Source: Promethearchaeota archaeon (GTDB lineage: Archaea > Asgardarchaeota > Lokiarchaeia > Sigyniarchaeales > SOKP01). From it: DNA of 23,752 nucleotides. This document shows positions 10,126 to 18,643 of the stretch, one piece after another. The notes beneath the pieces were generated by a model, which was not told where the DNA came from, did not search any database, and was given only the letters and a program-made list of their open reading frames with translations. The translations under genes and the position numbers were made by a program. The stretch lies in assembly GCA_016926735.1 (NCBI GenBank), contig JAFGOA010000087.1:1-23752 (forward strand), given 5' to 3'. Position 1 is the first letter of the stretch, and each line of letters opens with the position of its first letter.

Positions 10126-10848
10126 ATGGTTAATACAATAGGTATGATTGATGGGATCTTAGCACTTGCTATAGTACTAATATCAATTCTTATTGGACTG
10201 TTAAATATAATAAAAGCTAAAGCAAAACTTCAGAAAATATCGGGAATTATAATAATCTGTATGGGATTAGTAATGCTTGGTAATTTGATAGACTTTTTTG
10301 CACTCCTTTTTACAGAATCTCACCTTAATGAGCCGGAGATATACATAATTCTAACATATATATGGATTGCTCCAATCTTAATATTAGGAACTTCAATGGG
10401 TGCAGAAGCTATATTACCAGATAAAAAAAAATTAGTGATAATCATATCTGCAATACTAGGACTTATTTTTGTTATCTTGATTTTTGTAGTATTATATGGT
10501 CTTGAAGGTGATCCTCCTTTTACTGCCAGTAAGAATTATGTATCTGGTGAAACATTAATTAATTTTAGATTCATCTTAGACGATCCAATGGGTATGTTAT
10601 TGGTAGTACTATTAATTGCTTGCCTTGCTGTAATGTTAATTATTAATGTTATAGGTTCACTACAAAAGGCAGGAGAATCTTCGGGAGTTATAAAAACAAA
10701 ATTTATTATGATTTCTCTTGGTTGGCTTTTATTCATTGTATTTGGAGTAGTTGATAGCATCATTGATCTTGGTGATCTAATTATGATTCCTCGACTACTT
10801 ATTCTTCTAAGTGTTCTATGTTTATATTTAGGAACTAAACCATCATAG
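10126..10848 (+). CDS. seven-transmembrane integral membrane protein without soluble output domain
   Basis: 240 aa with seven hydrophobic segments of about 20-25 aa counted by eye. Followed by a T-rich tract. Confidence 0.75.
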   Translation: MVNTIGMIDGILALAIVLISILIGLLNIIKAKAKLQKISGIIIICMGLVMLGNLIDFFALLFTESHLNEPEIYIILTYIWIAPILILGTSMGAEAILPDKKKLVIIISAILGLIFVILIFVVLYGLEGDPPFTASKNYVSGETLINFRFILDDPMGMLLVVLLIACLAVMLIINVIGSLQKAGESSGVIKTKFIMISLGWLLFIVFGVVDSIIDLGDLIMIPRLLILLSVLCLYLGTKPS

Positions 10849-10871
10849 TTCTTAAAAATTTAAGAGTTCAA

Positions 10872-10898
10872 TTTTTTTATTTATTTTTATTTTTTTTT
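10872..10898 (+). terminator. oligo-T archaeal terminator candidate
   Basis: T-runs (ttttttt...tttttttt) directly downstream of the stop at 10848. Confidence 0.45.
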
Positions 10899-11011
10899 AA
10901 TTTATCAAATTTTTAAGTCTATAAACCTATTTATCAAAAAAGCATTACACCGTCTCTTTTTAAATAAAATAATATCAATAGTTATTTAAATTAAGATCTG
11001 TGTGATAAAAA

Positions 11012-11461
11012 ATGGCTTCAAATGTACTAGCTGAAAAAACACATATTGAAGGTTTTTTTCAACCAGATCTCAATTTTGAAATGATATTAGATTTTGAAGC
11101 ACTTATAAATCATCATACATGTTTTAATAATCTTATTCCTTATTTATACTATCATTATAACGAATCTCCATTAAATAATATCATAAAAATAACTGATTTT
11201 TTACTTGCTAATATTAAAAATGAAATTGGTAAAGAATATCGATTGGAATTTAGAAATAATTTTGCATTAATAAAAAATGATGAGGGAGCTTGTTTTTTAT
11301 ATAGAAATCATTTAAATGAGAAGAATTATCTAGATTTTATAAAAAAAATAAGATTTCTAATCCTTTCATATGATAAATTTGATATTAAAGAAAAGGGTGA
11401 TTTGTGTAAGCTAGAAAGATTTTTCATGAAAAGATATTTGAATAAGATTAATTCTGAATAG
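11012..11461 (+). CDS. hypothetical protein
   Basis: 149 aa ORF with upstream GTGAT SD-like element and downstream T-run. No recognised motif. Confidence 0.6.
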   Translation: MASNVLAEKTHIEGFFQPDLNFEMILDFEALINHHTCFNNLIPYLYYHYNESPLNNIIKITDFLLANIKNEIGKEYRLEFRNNFALIKNDEGACFLYRNHLNEKNYLDFIKKIRFLILSYDKFDIKEKGDLCKLERFFMKRYLNKINSE

Positions 11462-11514
11462 AAATAGAGCTCTTTTTTTCATATCAGAAAAAAAAGAAGA
11501 AGAAAAATCTTTAT

Positions 11515-12078
11515 TTAAATTTTAGAGCCACAATTCTCACAAAAATTTGCATTTTTTATAATATTATGACCACAATAAGGGCAAAAATTTTTACCCATAG
11601 ATTCTAAAGGATGATCAATTTTTTTGGGAGGAGGAACATATTCTTCTGCTTGTTCATATTGTACCTTTTCACCAAGAATAATTTCTCCCGTTTCAGGATT
11701 AAATTTATATCTTACTCGACCATGAGATCTTAGGTCTAATAGAACTCTTAATACATCAGAGGGTTTTATTCCTACTTCTAGTGCAATATTTTCAATTTTA
11801 TGCGTTCCTTCATAATTTCTATCCGCAATAGTAGCCATTATGGATTTCTTATAATTATAATTTGTATATAATTGACCAAATCCACCTAAAATTATAAAAA
11901 AAGCAGGAATAAATAACCAATATCCCCAATATCGTAGACCTATAAAATCTATATCTAAATATTCTAAAACAAGAGATCCTATTGCTACAAATAAAAAAAC
12001 TAAACCTGTTCCAAAAATACTAATTGCAGCTTCATATTTTCCTTTTGAATAATACCTTTTATATGATAATTCACTCAT
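11515..12078 (-). CDS. membrane protein (2 TM) with winged-helix-like domain and C-terminal zinc ribbon
   Basis: Two hydrophobic helices, IENIALEVGIKPSDVLRVLLDLRSHGRVRY HTH-like segment, and a CPYCG...CENCG ribbon. Confidence 0.75.
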   Translation of the reverse strand: MSELSYKRYYSKGKYEAAISIFGTGLVFLFVAIGSLVLEYLDIDFIGLRYWGYWLFIPAFFIILGGFGQLYTNYNYKKSIMATIADRNYEGTHKIENIALEVGIKPSDVLRVLLDLRSHGRVRYKFNPETGEIILGEKVQYEQAEEYVPPPKKIDHPLESMGKNFCPYCGHNIIKNANFCENCGSKI

Positions 12079-12381
12079 AGTATCAATCTTCTATTAATTG
12101 CTCTTTTTATTAAAAAAGTAAGGATAATATATAAAAGTACTTTATATCAATTATTATTTTTGATAATATCCCATTTTTTTGTAATAATAGCATAAGAATA
12201 TTTATGACGTAATATAATCAAAATTAAAAAGAATTGAATAGATTTTATAATACAACCTAATAATAGTTCATTAATTAATTACGATATTTTATAGAATATT
12301 AAAAATTTTAAAATAGAAACACACAATTTATTTAAAATAATTTGAAAAATAAATTAAATTATATATAAAAAAAGTTATAAT

Positions 12382-13314
12382 TCATTTTTCTTGAGCTTCT
12401 ATCTCAGATAAAATAACTTTCCAGCTTTTATCAATTCCTTCTTGAAGTTTAATTAATTGTTGTTCGGAAACTGTTCGAAATCTTTTTTGTTTGGAAAGAT
12501 ATTCGATTAATGGAATTCTTTTACTTGGATCTACATATTTTTTACTTGCTTTTGAAATTGTTTTAACGCCATTTTCAACTTCATACAAAATCCATAATCC
12601 AGATTTTATAGCTAATCTTGCCATTTCAATAGTATCTTCAGCTCCATATCCCCATCCAGGAGGACAAGGAGCTAAGATGTGAATATATTTACATCCTTCG
12701 ATATCTTTGGCTTTTTTAAATTTTTCATATAAGTCTAATGGTTCAGATACACTACAAGTAGCTATATAAGGAATTTCATGTGCTTCCATAATTCGAGGTA
12801 GATTCTTTTTATATCGTTGTTTTCCGAATGGAGTTGTTGTAGTAATTGCAGAATGAGGTGTTGAGCTGCTTCTTTGAATTCCAGTATTCATATATGCTTC
12901 ATTATCATAACATACATATAAAATATTTGAATTTCTCTCAGCAGCACCACTTAGTGCTTGTATACCAATATCTGTTGTTCCACCATCCCCCGCAAATACT
13001 AATGTAGTCATTTTATCCCATCCTTGATTTGGAAATCTATATGCTTTAGCTTTAAATGCCGCATCAACTCCAGTAGCAGCAGAAGCCCCAGCAGCAAAAG
13101 CCATATTTATAAATGGGAAATTCGGAGCTGTTTTAGGCCATAGACCAATAACAACATTTAAACACGATGCAGGGGTAACTAAAGCTGTTTTAGGACCTAA
13201 AGCTTTCATTGCCCATCTTAGAGCAATTTCAAGACCACATCCAGCACAACATGAGTTACCTGGAAGAAAATATTCTTCACATGCTTCATTTAACGTTTCT
13301 TTTATTGTAACCAT
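12382..13314 (-). CDS. porB: pyruvate/2-ketoisovalerate:ferredoxin oxidoreductase beta subunit
   Basis: CAGCG, TPP-binding GDGG...YDNEAYMNTGIQRS and PCPPGW motifs. Confidence 0.92.
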   Translation of the reverse strand: MVTIKETLNEACEEYFLPGNSCCAGCGLEIALRWAMKALGPKTALVTPASCLNVVIGLWPKTAPNFPFINMAFAAGASAATGVDAAFKAKAYRFPNQGWDKMTTLVFAGDGGTTDIGIQALSGAAERNSNILYVCYDNEAYMNTGIQRSSSTPHSAITTTTPFGKQRYKKNLPRIMEAHEIPYIATCSVSEPLDLYEKFKKAKDIEGCKYIHILAPCPPGWGYGAEDTIEMARLAIKSGLWILYEVENGVKTISKASKKYVDPSKRIPLIEYLSKQKRFRTVSEQQLIKLQEGIDKSWKVILSEIEAQEK

Positions 13315-14571
13315 TTATTTCACCTCTAATATTCCATCCCAGAGAGTACCATGAATTAGATTATTTGGTAATTCTCCAGTTTCTTTTATTTTAATTAGGG
13401 TCTTTAATTCTTCTTTTTGTTGTACTAAAGTTACCTCGCGCCCTCCTATTCCTGCCATCATTGGTAATACTTTAGTAGTTATACCTGTATCATAAAGACA
13501 GGATAAAACATCACCACTTACAGGACCACCTGTGGGGGAGCCAAATGCAGTAGCCCGATCCATAACACCAAGAACTTCTACTTTTTTTGCTATTTTTCGA
13601 ATATCTTCTGTAGGAAATGGACGATAATGTCTTAATTTTACCATTCCAACTTTATATCCTTCTTCACGTAGTTCCTCAACTGCTTGTTCCATTTGTAAGG
13701 CTAAATCACCATAAATTATAATTCCAACATCTGCATCATCCATATTGAATTCTTCAATTAGTCCATTACCATAACTTCTTCCAAAGGTTTTCTCAAACTC
13801 TTTTGAAGCTATTTTTATTTTATCTTTAGTTTTCATAAGAGTATCTTGAATTTTCATCCTGAATTCACTATAAAATCCAGAAGGCATTATAAGATTGCCA
13901 TGCATCATAGGTCTTTCAGGATCAAGAAATATTTGAGGCCATCCCTTTTCATCAGGTAATGGTGGAAGGTATTGATCTACAAGATCTTGATCTTCAATTA
14001 TAACTGGTTTTGATGTATGAGAAAGAATAAAACCCCCATACGCAACAAATTTGGGTAATAATACATCATAATCCTCACAGACTTTATAAGACATTAAAAT
14101 TTCATCATATATTTCTTGATGCGTAGCACAAAACGCACTCATCCAACCAGTATCACGAGCATTTATTACATCTGAAAAGTCAGCCCATATATTCCAAGGA
14201 GGAGCTGCACCTCTGCTTGCAATAGCTGTGACAATAGGTAATCTTGTTCCAGCAGCCCAATGAATCATTTCATTCATATAAAATAAACCTTGTCCAGATG
14301 TAGCTGTAAAGGTTCTCGTTCCAGCTATACTCGCTCCAATAACAGAAGCCATTACTGAATGTTCACTCTCTACTTTAATATATTGAGTTCCTGGCATTTC
14401 TCCTCCATCAACAAATTCAGATAATTTTTCAACTACAGTAGTTTGGGGAGTAATAGGATATGCACTAATCATTTGGACTCTTGCAGATTTTGCAGCATAA
14501 GCAGCTGCAACATTCCCTTTAATAATTTTTGTTTCTCTTTTTTGTATAATATTATTCGTTTTACTTATCAT
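13315..14571 (-). CDS. porA: pyruvate/2-ketoisovalerate:ferredoxin oxidoreductase alpha subunit
   Basis: AYPITPQT, VESEHS, RTFTATSGQGL, RDTGW and RPFP motifs. ATG at 14571 (GTG at 14580 is the alternative). Confidence 0.92.
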   Translation of the reverse strand: MISKTNNIIQKRETKIIKGNVAAAYAAKSARVQMISAYPITPQTTVVEKLSEFVDGGEMPGTQYIKVESEHSVMASVIGASIAGTRTFTATSGQGLFYMNEMIHWAAGTRLPIVTAIASRGAAPPWNIWADFSDVINARDTGWMSAFCATHQEIYDEILMSYKVCEDYDVLLPKFVAYGGFILSHTSKPVIIEDQDLVDQYLPPLPDEKGWPQIFLDPERPMMHGNLIMPSGFYSEFRMKIQDTLMKTKDKIKIASKEFEKTFGRSYGNGLIEEFNMDDADVGIIIYGDLALQMEQAVEELREEGYKVGMVKLRHYRPFPTEDIRKIAKKVEVLGVMDRATAFGSPTGGPVSGDVLSCLYDTGITTKVLPMMAGIGGREVTLVQQKEELKTLIKIKETGELPNNLIHGTLWDGILEVK

Positions 14572-14908
14572 CTGATTCACTCTCTCTAATCATCTTAATT
14601 TTATGAGTTGGACACTCTTTTGCGCATATTCCACATCCTTTACAATATATTAAATCAATTTCAAAAGACCCATTCTCATTTTGTTTGATAACTCCTTCAG
14701 GACAATACATCCAACATAATCCGCATCTATTACATCCTTCAAGTATTACAGGTCGAAATGTTCTCCAATCTCCTGTAGTTCCAATACTTCCTTCAATTGG
14801 TAAGGAAATTGGAATTGGAGGTAGTTCTTTCCAATTTTTATATTCCTGAACTTTAGGTCGTTTTTCTTTAGATTCATTTATTTTTTTCCATTCTTCTGAT
14901 TCACTCAT
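14561..14908 (-). CDS. porD: 2-oxoacid:ferredoxin oxidoreductase delta subunit (2x[4Fe-4S])
   Basis: TGDWRTFRP, CNRCGLCWMYCP and CKGCGICAKECP. Confidence 0.92.
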   Translation of the reverse strand: MSESEEWKKINESKEKRPKVQEYKNWKELPPIPISLPIEGSIGTTGDWRTFRPVILEGCNRCGLCWMYCPEGVIKQNENGSFEIDLIYCKGCGICAKECPTHKIKMIRESESDDK

Positions 14909-14910
14909 GA

Positions 14911-15483
14911 TTACTCCTCCTTAACAGAATTGAAAGCATCTTTAGCTACTTTCATATTTTTTGATAATCTTTTTTCTCCAAATTCATCTCTTATGATGTT
15001 TTCCATAACTTCAAGATCATAAAATCCTGTTATTTTTCCAAATGCTCCAAGCATAGGAATATTTAAAATAGGACCACTTGACAACATAAAAGAATTATCA
15101 ATGCAAATCTTTGTTGCATCAACTAGATAAATCTTAATATTTTTGGGTAGATTAGTATTATCTATGGGTTTATTACTATTTATAAGGAGAATTGTTCCTT
15201 CCTTTATCGAATTTCGAATATTGGGAATTTCCAAAAGAGAGGTGTCAAATATTAACATATAATTAGGATTAACGACACTATCATATGTTTTTATCATTTT
15301 ATTTTTTGAAATTTTAGTAAATGCCCAAATAGGAGCACCTCTTCTCTCTGCACCGATAATAGGGATAGCAATAGCATCTTTAAACCCTTTATCATAAGCA
15401 AATTGAGCCAAAAGTTGACTTGCAGTTACAGCAGTTTGTCCTCCCCTCGCTGCAAATGAAATCTCTATTATTCCGTTTGCCAT
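14911..15483 (-). CDS. porG: 2-oxoacid:ferredoxin oxidoreductase gamma subunit
   Basis: EI.F.ARGGQ.AVTA, GAERRGAP, VDATKI and NIPMLGA motifs. ATG at 15483 preferred over TTG at 15498. Confidence 0.9.
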   Translation of the reverse strand: MANGIIEISFAARGGQTAVTASQLLAQFAYDKGFKDAIAIPIIGAERRGAPIWAFTKISKNKMIKTYDSVVNPNYMLIFDTSLLEIPNIRNSIKEGTILLINSNKPIDNTNLPKNIKIYLVDATKICIDNSFMLSSGPILNIPMLGAFGKITGFYDLEVMENIIRDEFGEKRLSKNMKVAKDAFNSVKEE

Positions 15484-15536
15484 CACTTTTTTTTCCAACT
15501 TTTTCTTTTTGATATTTGTTATTTTAATTCATCATT

Positions 15537-15576
15537 GCTACCAAAAAACTCAAAAAACCAGAAATTTTTTGGTCGC
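15537..15576 (-). promoter_or_regulatory. hairpin / U-tract element (candidate attenuator) between leader ORF and porG
   Basis: Sense strand reads GCGACCAAAAAATTTCTGGTTTTTTGAGTTTTTTGGTAGC. ACCAAAAAA pairs with TTTTTTGGT, there are two U6 tracts, and an alternative short ACCA/TGGT pairing exists. Confidence 0.55.
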
Positions 15577-15577
15577 T

Positions 15578-15682
15578 CTATAAAAGTAAAATTACTACTA
15601 CGTGTAATAATAAAATAATTACAGATAACAATAATACTGAGTTTAAAGTCACTAAACGATTGTTATTTGCTATTTTGTTCAT
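15578..15682 (-). CDS. Ile/Leu/Val-rich leader peptide (34 aa)
   Basis: Manually translated as MNKIANNNRLVTLNSVLLLSVIILLLHVVVILLL*. 21 of 34 residues are I/L/V. Same strand as, and just upstream of, porG. Confidence 0.65.
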   Translation of the reverse strand: MNKIANNNRLVTLNSVLLLSVIILLLHVVVILLL

Positions 15683-15976
15683 TGATAATTCAAACCTTAT
15701 ATTATTGTTAAAAAATATTAAAAGTCTAATACAATAAAATTCCGATTATATTAAAAATTTACTATAAAAGATTATAAATCGTAATTTTAAATCATAAAAA
15801 TAGTTGAAACAAAAAAAAAATCACTATTAATTATTTAAAGTAGATAATAATTTGAAATAAAGAAAAAAAGTGTAAAAATACAGATGTTCTTTCTTTATAA
15901 AAATTTTTAACTATTCTTTAACTTTTGATAAATAGTTGTAGCAATTTATGTTCAAAGAGTCTATGAAATTTAAATT

Positions 15977-16546
15977 ATGTCCAAATTCATTAGTGAACCA
16001 GAGGAAGAGTTTAGTTTTAATTGCCCCTCTTGTAAAGATGGTCATTTAAAAATCATTAAAAATCTTTATGATCTTCCAGATAAAGATAAAATGTTGATTA
16101 TTAAATTTGAATGTGATAATTGTAATTATCATCAAAATGATATTATTCCATATACTACACGTATAGAACCCGGGAAATTAACTTTAAAGATAACAAATGA
16201 AGAAGATTTAAAGTCAAAAGTATATAGATCTCCAACTGGTAAATTGGAAATACCTGAATTAGAATTATCTGTAGAACCTGGACCAAGTGCAAAATTTTAT
16301 TATACTAATATTCAAGGTATATTATTTAGATTCGAAAATGCTATAGAAATACATCTTAATAATGAAGAATTATCTAAAGATGAAAAGTTAGAAGTTGTAA
16401 AGATTCTTAATAACTTAAAAGAAGCCATAAATGGTAATTATCCCTTTACATTAATTATTGAAGATCATTCAGGAGGTAGTTATATTATTCCTACAGATGA
16501 TTCCAAACTTTCTTACACAAAATTAAATATTTCTGATAATGTATAA
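15977..16546 (+). CDS. ZPR1-type zinc-finger protein
   Basis: CPSC...FECDNCNY, EEDLKSKVYRS, IPELEL.VEPG, TNIQGIL and FTLIIEDHSGGSYI are typical of archaeal ZPR1. Confidence 0.9.
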   Translation: MSKFISEPEEEFSFNCPSCKDGHLKIIKNLYDLPDKDKMLIIKFECDNCNYHQNDIIPYTTRIEPGKLTLKITNEEDLKSKVYRSPTGKLEIPELELSVEPGPSAKFYYTNIQGILFRFENAIEIHLNNEELSKDEKLEVVKILNNLKEAINGNYPFTLIIEDHSGGSYIIPTDDSKLSYTKLNISDNV

Positions 16547-16644
16547 TTTAGAAAATTTTTTTTTTTATCAGCCTTTCTACTAAATTAAGTAATATATTAA
16601 GTAAAAAAGTAGATTTATAATTTTATAAGAAAGGTCAAATAGAT

Positions 16645-17861
16645 ATGGTAGATAATATAAAACGGGTTGGAATTCTAACAGGGGGCGGAGATTCGATAAA
16701 GATTTTCCTTTACGATCCGCATACTGCCCTGGTTTAAATAGTGTTATTTATGGCATTATGTTAAAAGCCTTTGATTCGAATGTTAAATGTGTTGGTATTC
16801 TTAAAGGATGGAAAGGTTTTATGGAAAATCTTACAATACCCCTTAACATTGAAGAACATGATGATCTTCATACAATAGGAGGAACTTTTTTATATACTAG
16901 CAGAACAAATCCATTTGAAGAATTACAAAAAGTAACATCGAAAGAAGAGAAGGAAAAAATAAAGGAAGAAATAGCTAAAAAAATGGCAAAACAATTTGAA
17001 CTTTTAGATATTGATGCCTTAATTGCTATTGGAGGAGATGATACTCTTGGTGTTGCAAATTCCATGCATAAATACGGAAATGTTAACGTTGTAGGATGCC
17101 CTAAAACAATCGATAATGATTTAGCGGGAACAGATTATACTTTTGGTTTTTGGAGTGCAGTTCAATTAGCATCTAATACTATAGATAATCTTACAACAAC
17201 AGCACGATCTCATCAAAGAATATTTGTTGTTGAAATTATGGGAAGAGATGCAGGATTTTTAACAATGTATAGTGGAATTTCAGGTGGAGCAGATATTATT
17301 CTTGTTCCTGAGACTCCTTTTAGCTTTCAAAATCATATAGTCGATGTTTTAAAAAGAAGGGTTAATGCAGGTCATAAGTATCACATAATTGCTTGTTCTG
17401 AAGGCGCTTATCCTTCAGATGAATCGTTAGAAAAGGATTTTAAAACAATATCAAAAGAAACTATTAATCAATTGCCAAAAGATGTATTTGGTAATCCTTT
17501 GCTAACTAGACTAAATATATCACAAATTTTAACAAAAGAAATAAATCTTAGAGAGGACTTAAAAGCAGAATTTAAGAAAAATGATACAAATTTTGAATGT
17601 AGGGATGTTGTATTAGGCCATACAATGAGAGCAGGTACTCCAAACTCTTTTGATAGAATATTAGGATTACGATTAGGTCTTGCTGCAATGAAACTAGTAT
17701 TAAATAATGATTTTGGTAAAATGGTTGCTCTTAAAGGAACTAATATTAAGGGTGTTCCTCTTTCTGAAGGATCGAAAAAGAAATATATTAATCCAGATGA
17801 AGATGAAGTAGAATTAAGAAATCTTTTGGTTAAGACAAGATACAAATCAAGAGAAAATTAA
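16645..17861 (+). CDS. pfp: PfkA-family phosphofructokinase, PPi-type signature; join(16645..16690,16723..17861), 394 aa after removal of a 32-nt insertion
   Basis: Exon 1 gives MVDNIKRVGILTGGG(D) and exon 2 continues CPGLNSVIYGIMLK. Motifs GGDDT, PKTIDND, TFGF, VEIMGRDAG and LGHTMRAG are present. GGDD plus PKTIDND is the PPi-utilising signature. Confidence 0.88.
16691..16722 (+). other. candidate 32-nt bulge-helix-bulge (tRNA-type) intron in the pfp mRNA
   Basis: Central helix GCGG(16685-88)/CCGC(16717-20), 3-nt bulges AGA(16689-91) and AUA(16721-23), internal stem UCG-UAAAG/CUUUA-CGA. Cutting after the second nt of each bulge yields G|AC TGC CCT = D-C-P in frame. Confidence 0.75.
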
Positions 17862-17873
17862 TTTTTTTTTTTT
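17862..17873 (+). terminator. oligo-T terminator candidate after pfp
   Basis: A run of about 12 T immediately after the stop codon. Confidence 0.5.
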
Positions 17874-17945
17874 GAAAAGCTCTTACTTAATCTATAAAAA
17901 GATTTTAAAAAATTCTAACTATATTTCATTCTATATAAAAGATGT

Positions 17946-18212
17946 TTATTGAATTATATCAATTATATTTTCAAAAATTTTTCCAAAAGTAATGATCTCA
18001 TTTATAGAAGCTCTAAACGCAGTAATATCGTTACTTTCAATGTAGAATTTAAGATTATTCTCTCCTTCTTTTTCCATAGTTAATTTAGATCTTTTAGAAT
18101 TAATTTTATTAAATTCAGGTAAAAAAGTATTGAAAGAGATATCTCTTATTTCTGATGTTTTAAAATAAAAGTTTACAGAGGATTTAATTGAATAATCATC
18201 TTGTTTATACAT
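17946..18212 (-). CDS. pcc1: KEOPS complex subunit Pcc1
   Basis: 88 aa with RSKL...LKFYIESNDITAFRASIN motif, at its canonical position after rpl37ae. Confidence 0.85.
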   Translation of the reverse strand: MYKQDDYSIKSSVNFYFKTSEIRDISFNTFLPEFNKINSKRSKLTMEKEGENNLKFYIESNDITAFRASINEIITFGKIFENIIDIIQ

Positions 18213-18502
18213 TATTTTTCAACTAGATCTAACTCTTTTTGTTTTCTTTTTGAAACTCTAAAAGATTCAGCTCCTCTTGGAGTTTCGATAGAATATGCTC
18301 CACCTGTAAATTTAGCTTTACATTTTTTACAATACCAAATGCCAGTTGATAATCTTTGAACTGATCCTTTAGTTTCGCATTTGGGGCATTTTATATTATT
18401 ACTTTTCATTTTCTCAAGGATCATACGAGTTCTTTTTCTTACTACTGATCCATATCTTGCTCCATATTTTCCTGTAATTCCGACCTTTTTAGTCTTACCC
18501 AT
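18212..18502 (-). CDS. rpl37ae: 50S ribosomal protein L37Ae (eL43)
   Basis: KKVGITGKYGARYG, CPKC, GIWYCKKC and FTGGAY. Confidence 0.97.
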   Translation of the reverse strand: MGKTKKVGITGKYGARYGSVVRKRTRMILEKMKSNNIKCPKCETKGSVQRLSTGIWYCKKCKAKFTGGAYSIETPRGAESFRVSKRKQKELDLVEK

Positions 18503-18643
18503 ATATAATCACATTTGATTCTTCTAAATTTACTTAAATAATTAAAAACAATATAAAATAAAAATTTTAGCCAAAAATATAAATAATATTAAGTTATTTT
18601 GGACAAAAGACTTATTCTATCATAAAATCAAAAAAAAAGATAA

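Noticed and set aside
12134-12143. Palindrome AAAGTACTTT upstream of the zinc-ribbon membrane protein
   Set aside because: Short and AT-rich, so expected by chance.
12382-12384. TGA stops (porB and both profilin-like genes) as selenocysteine codons
   Set aside because: The proteins are full length at the TGA, the downstream sequence is non-coding-like, and I recognised no SECIS.
10536-12682. Antisense ORFs 10536-10763 and 12491-12682
   Set aside because: They lie fully inside real genes on the opposite strand.
16685-16740. Programmed frameshift or single-base sequencing error as the explanation of the pfp break
   Set aside because: Either would leave about 10-11 extra residues inside the invariant GGD-CPG active-site loop. 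Clean 32-nt removal at the BHB sites fits better. Not formally excluded without reads.
16758-17861. ORF-track start (MLKAF...) as the true phosphofructokinase start
   Set aside because: It would omit the essential first strand and GGGDCPGLN loop, which are encoded upstream from ATG 16645.
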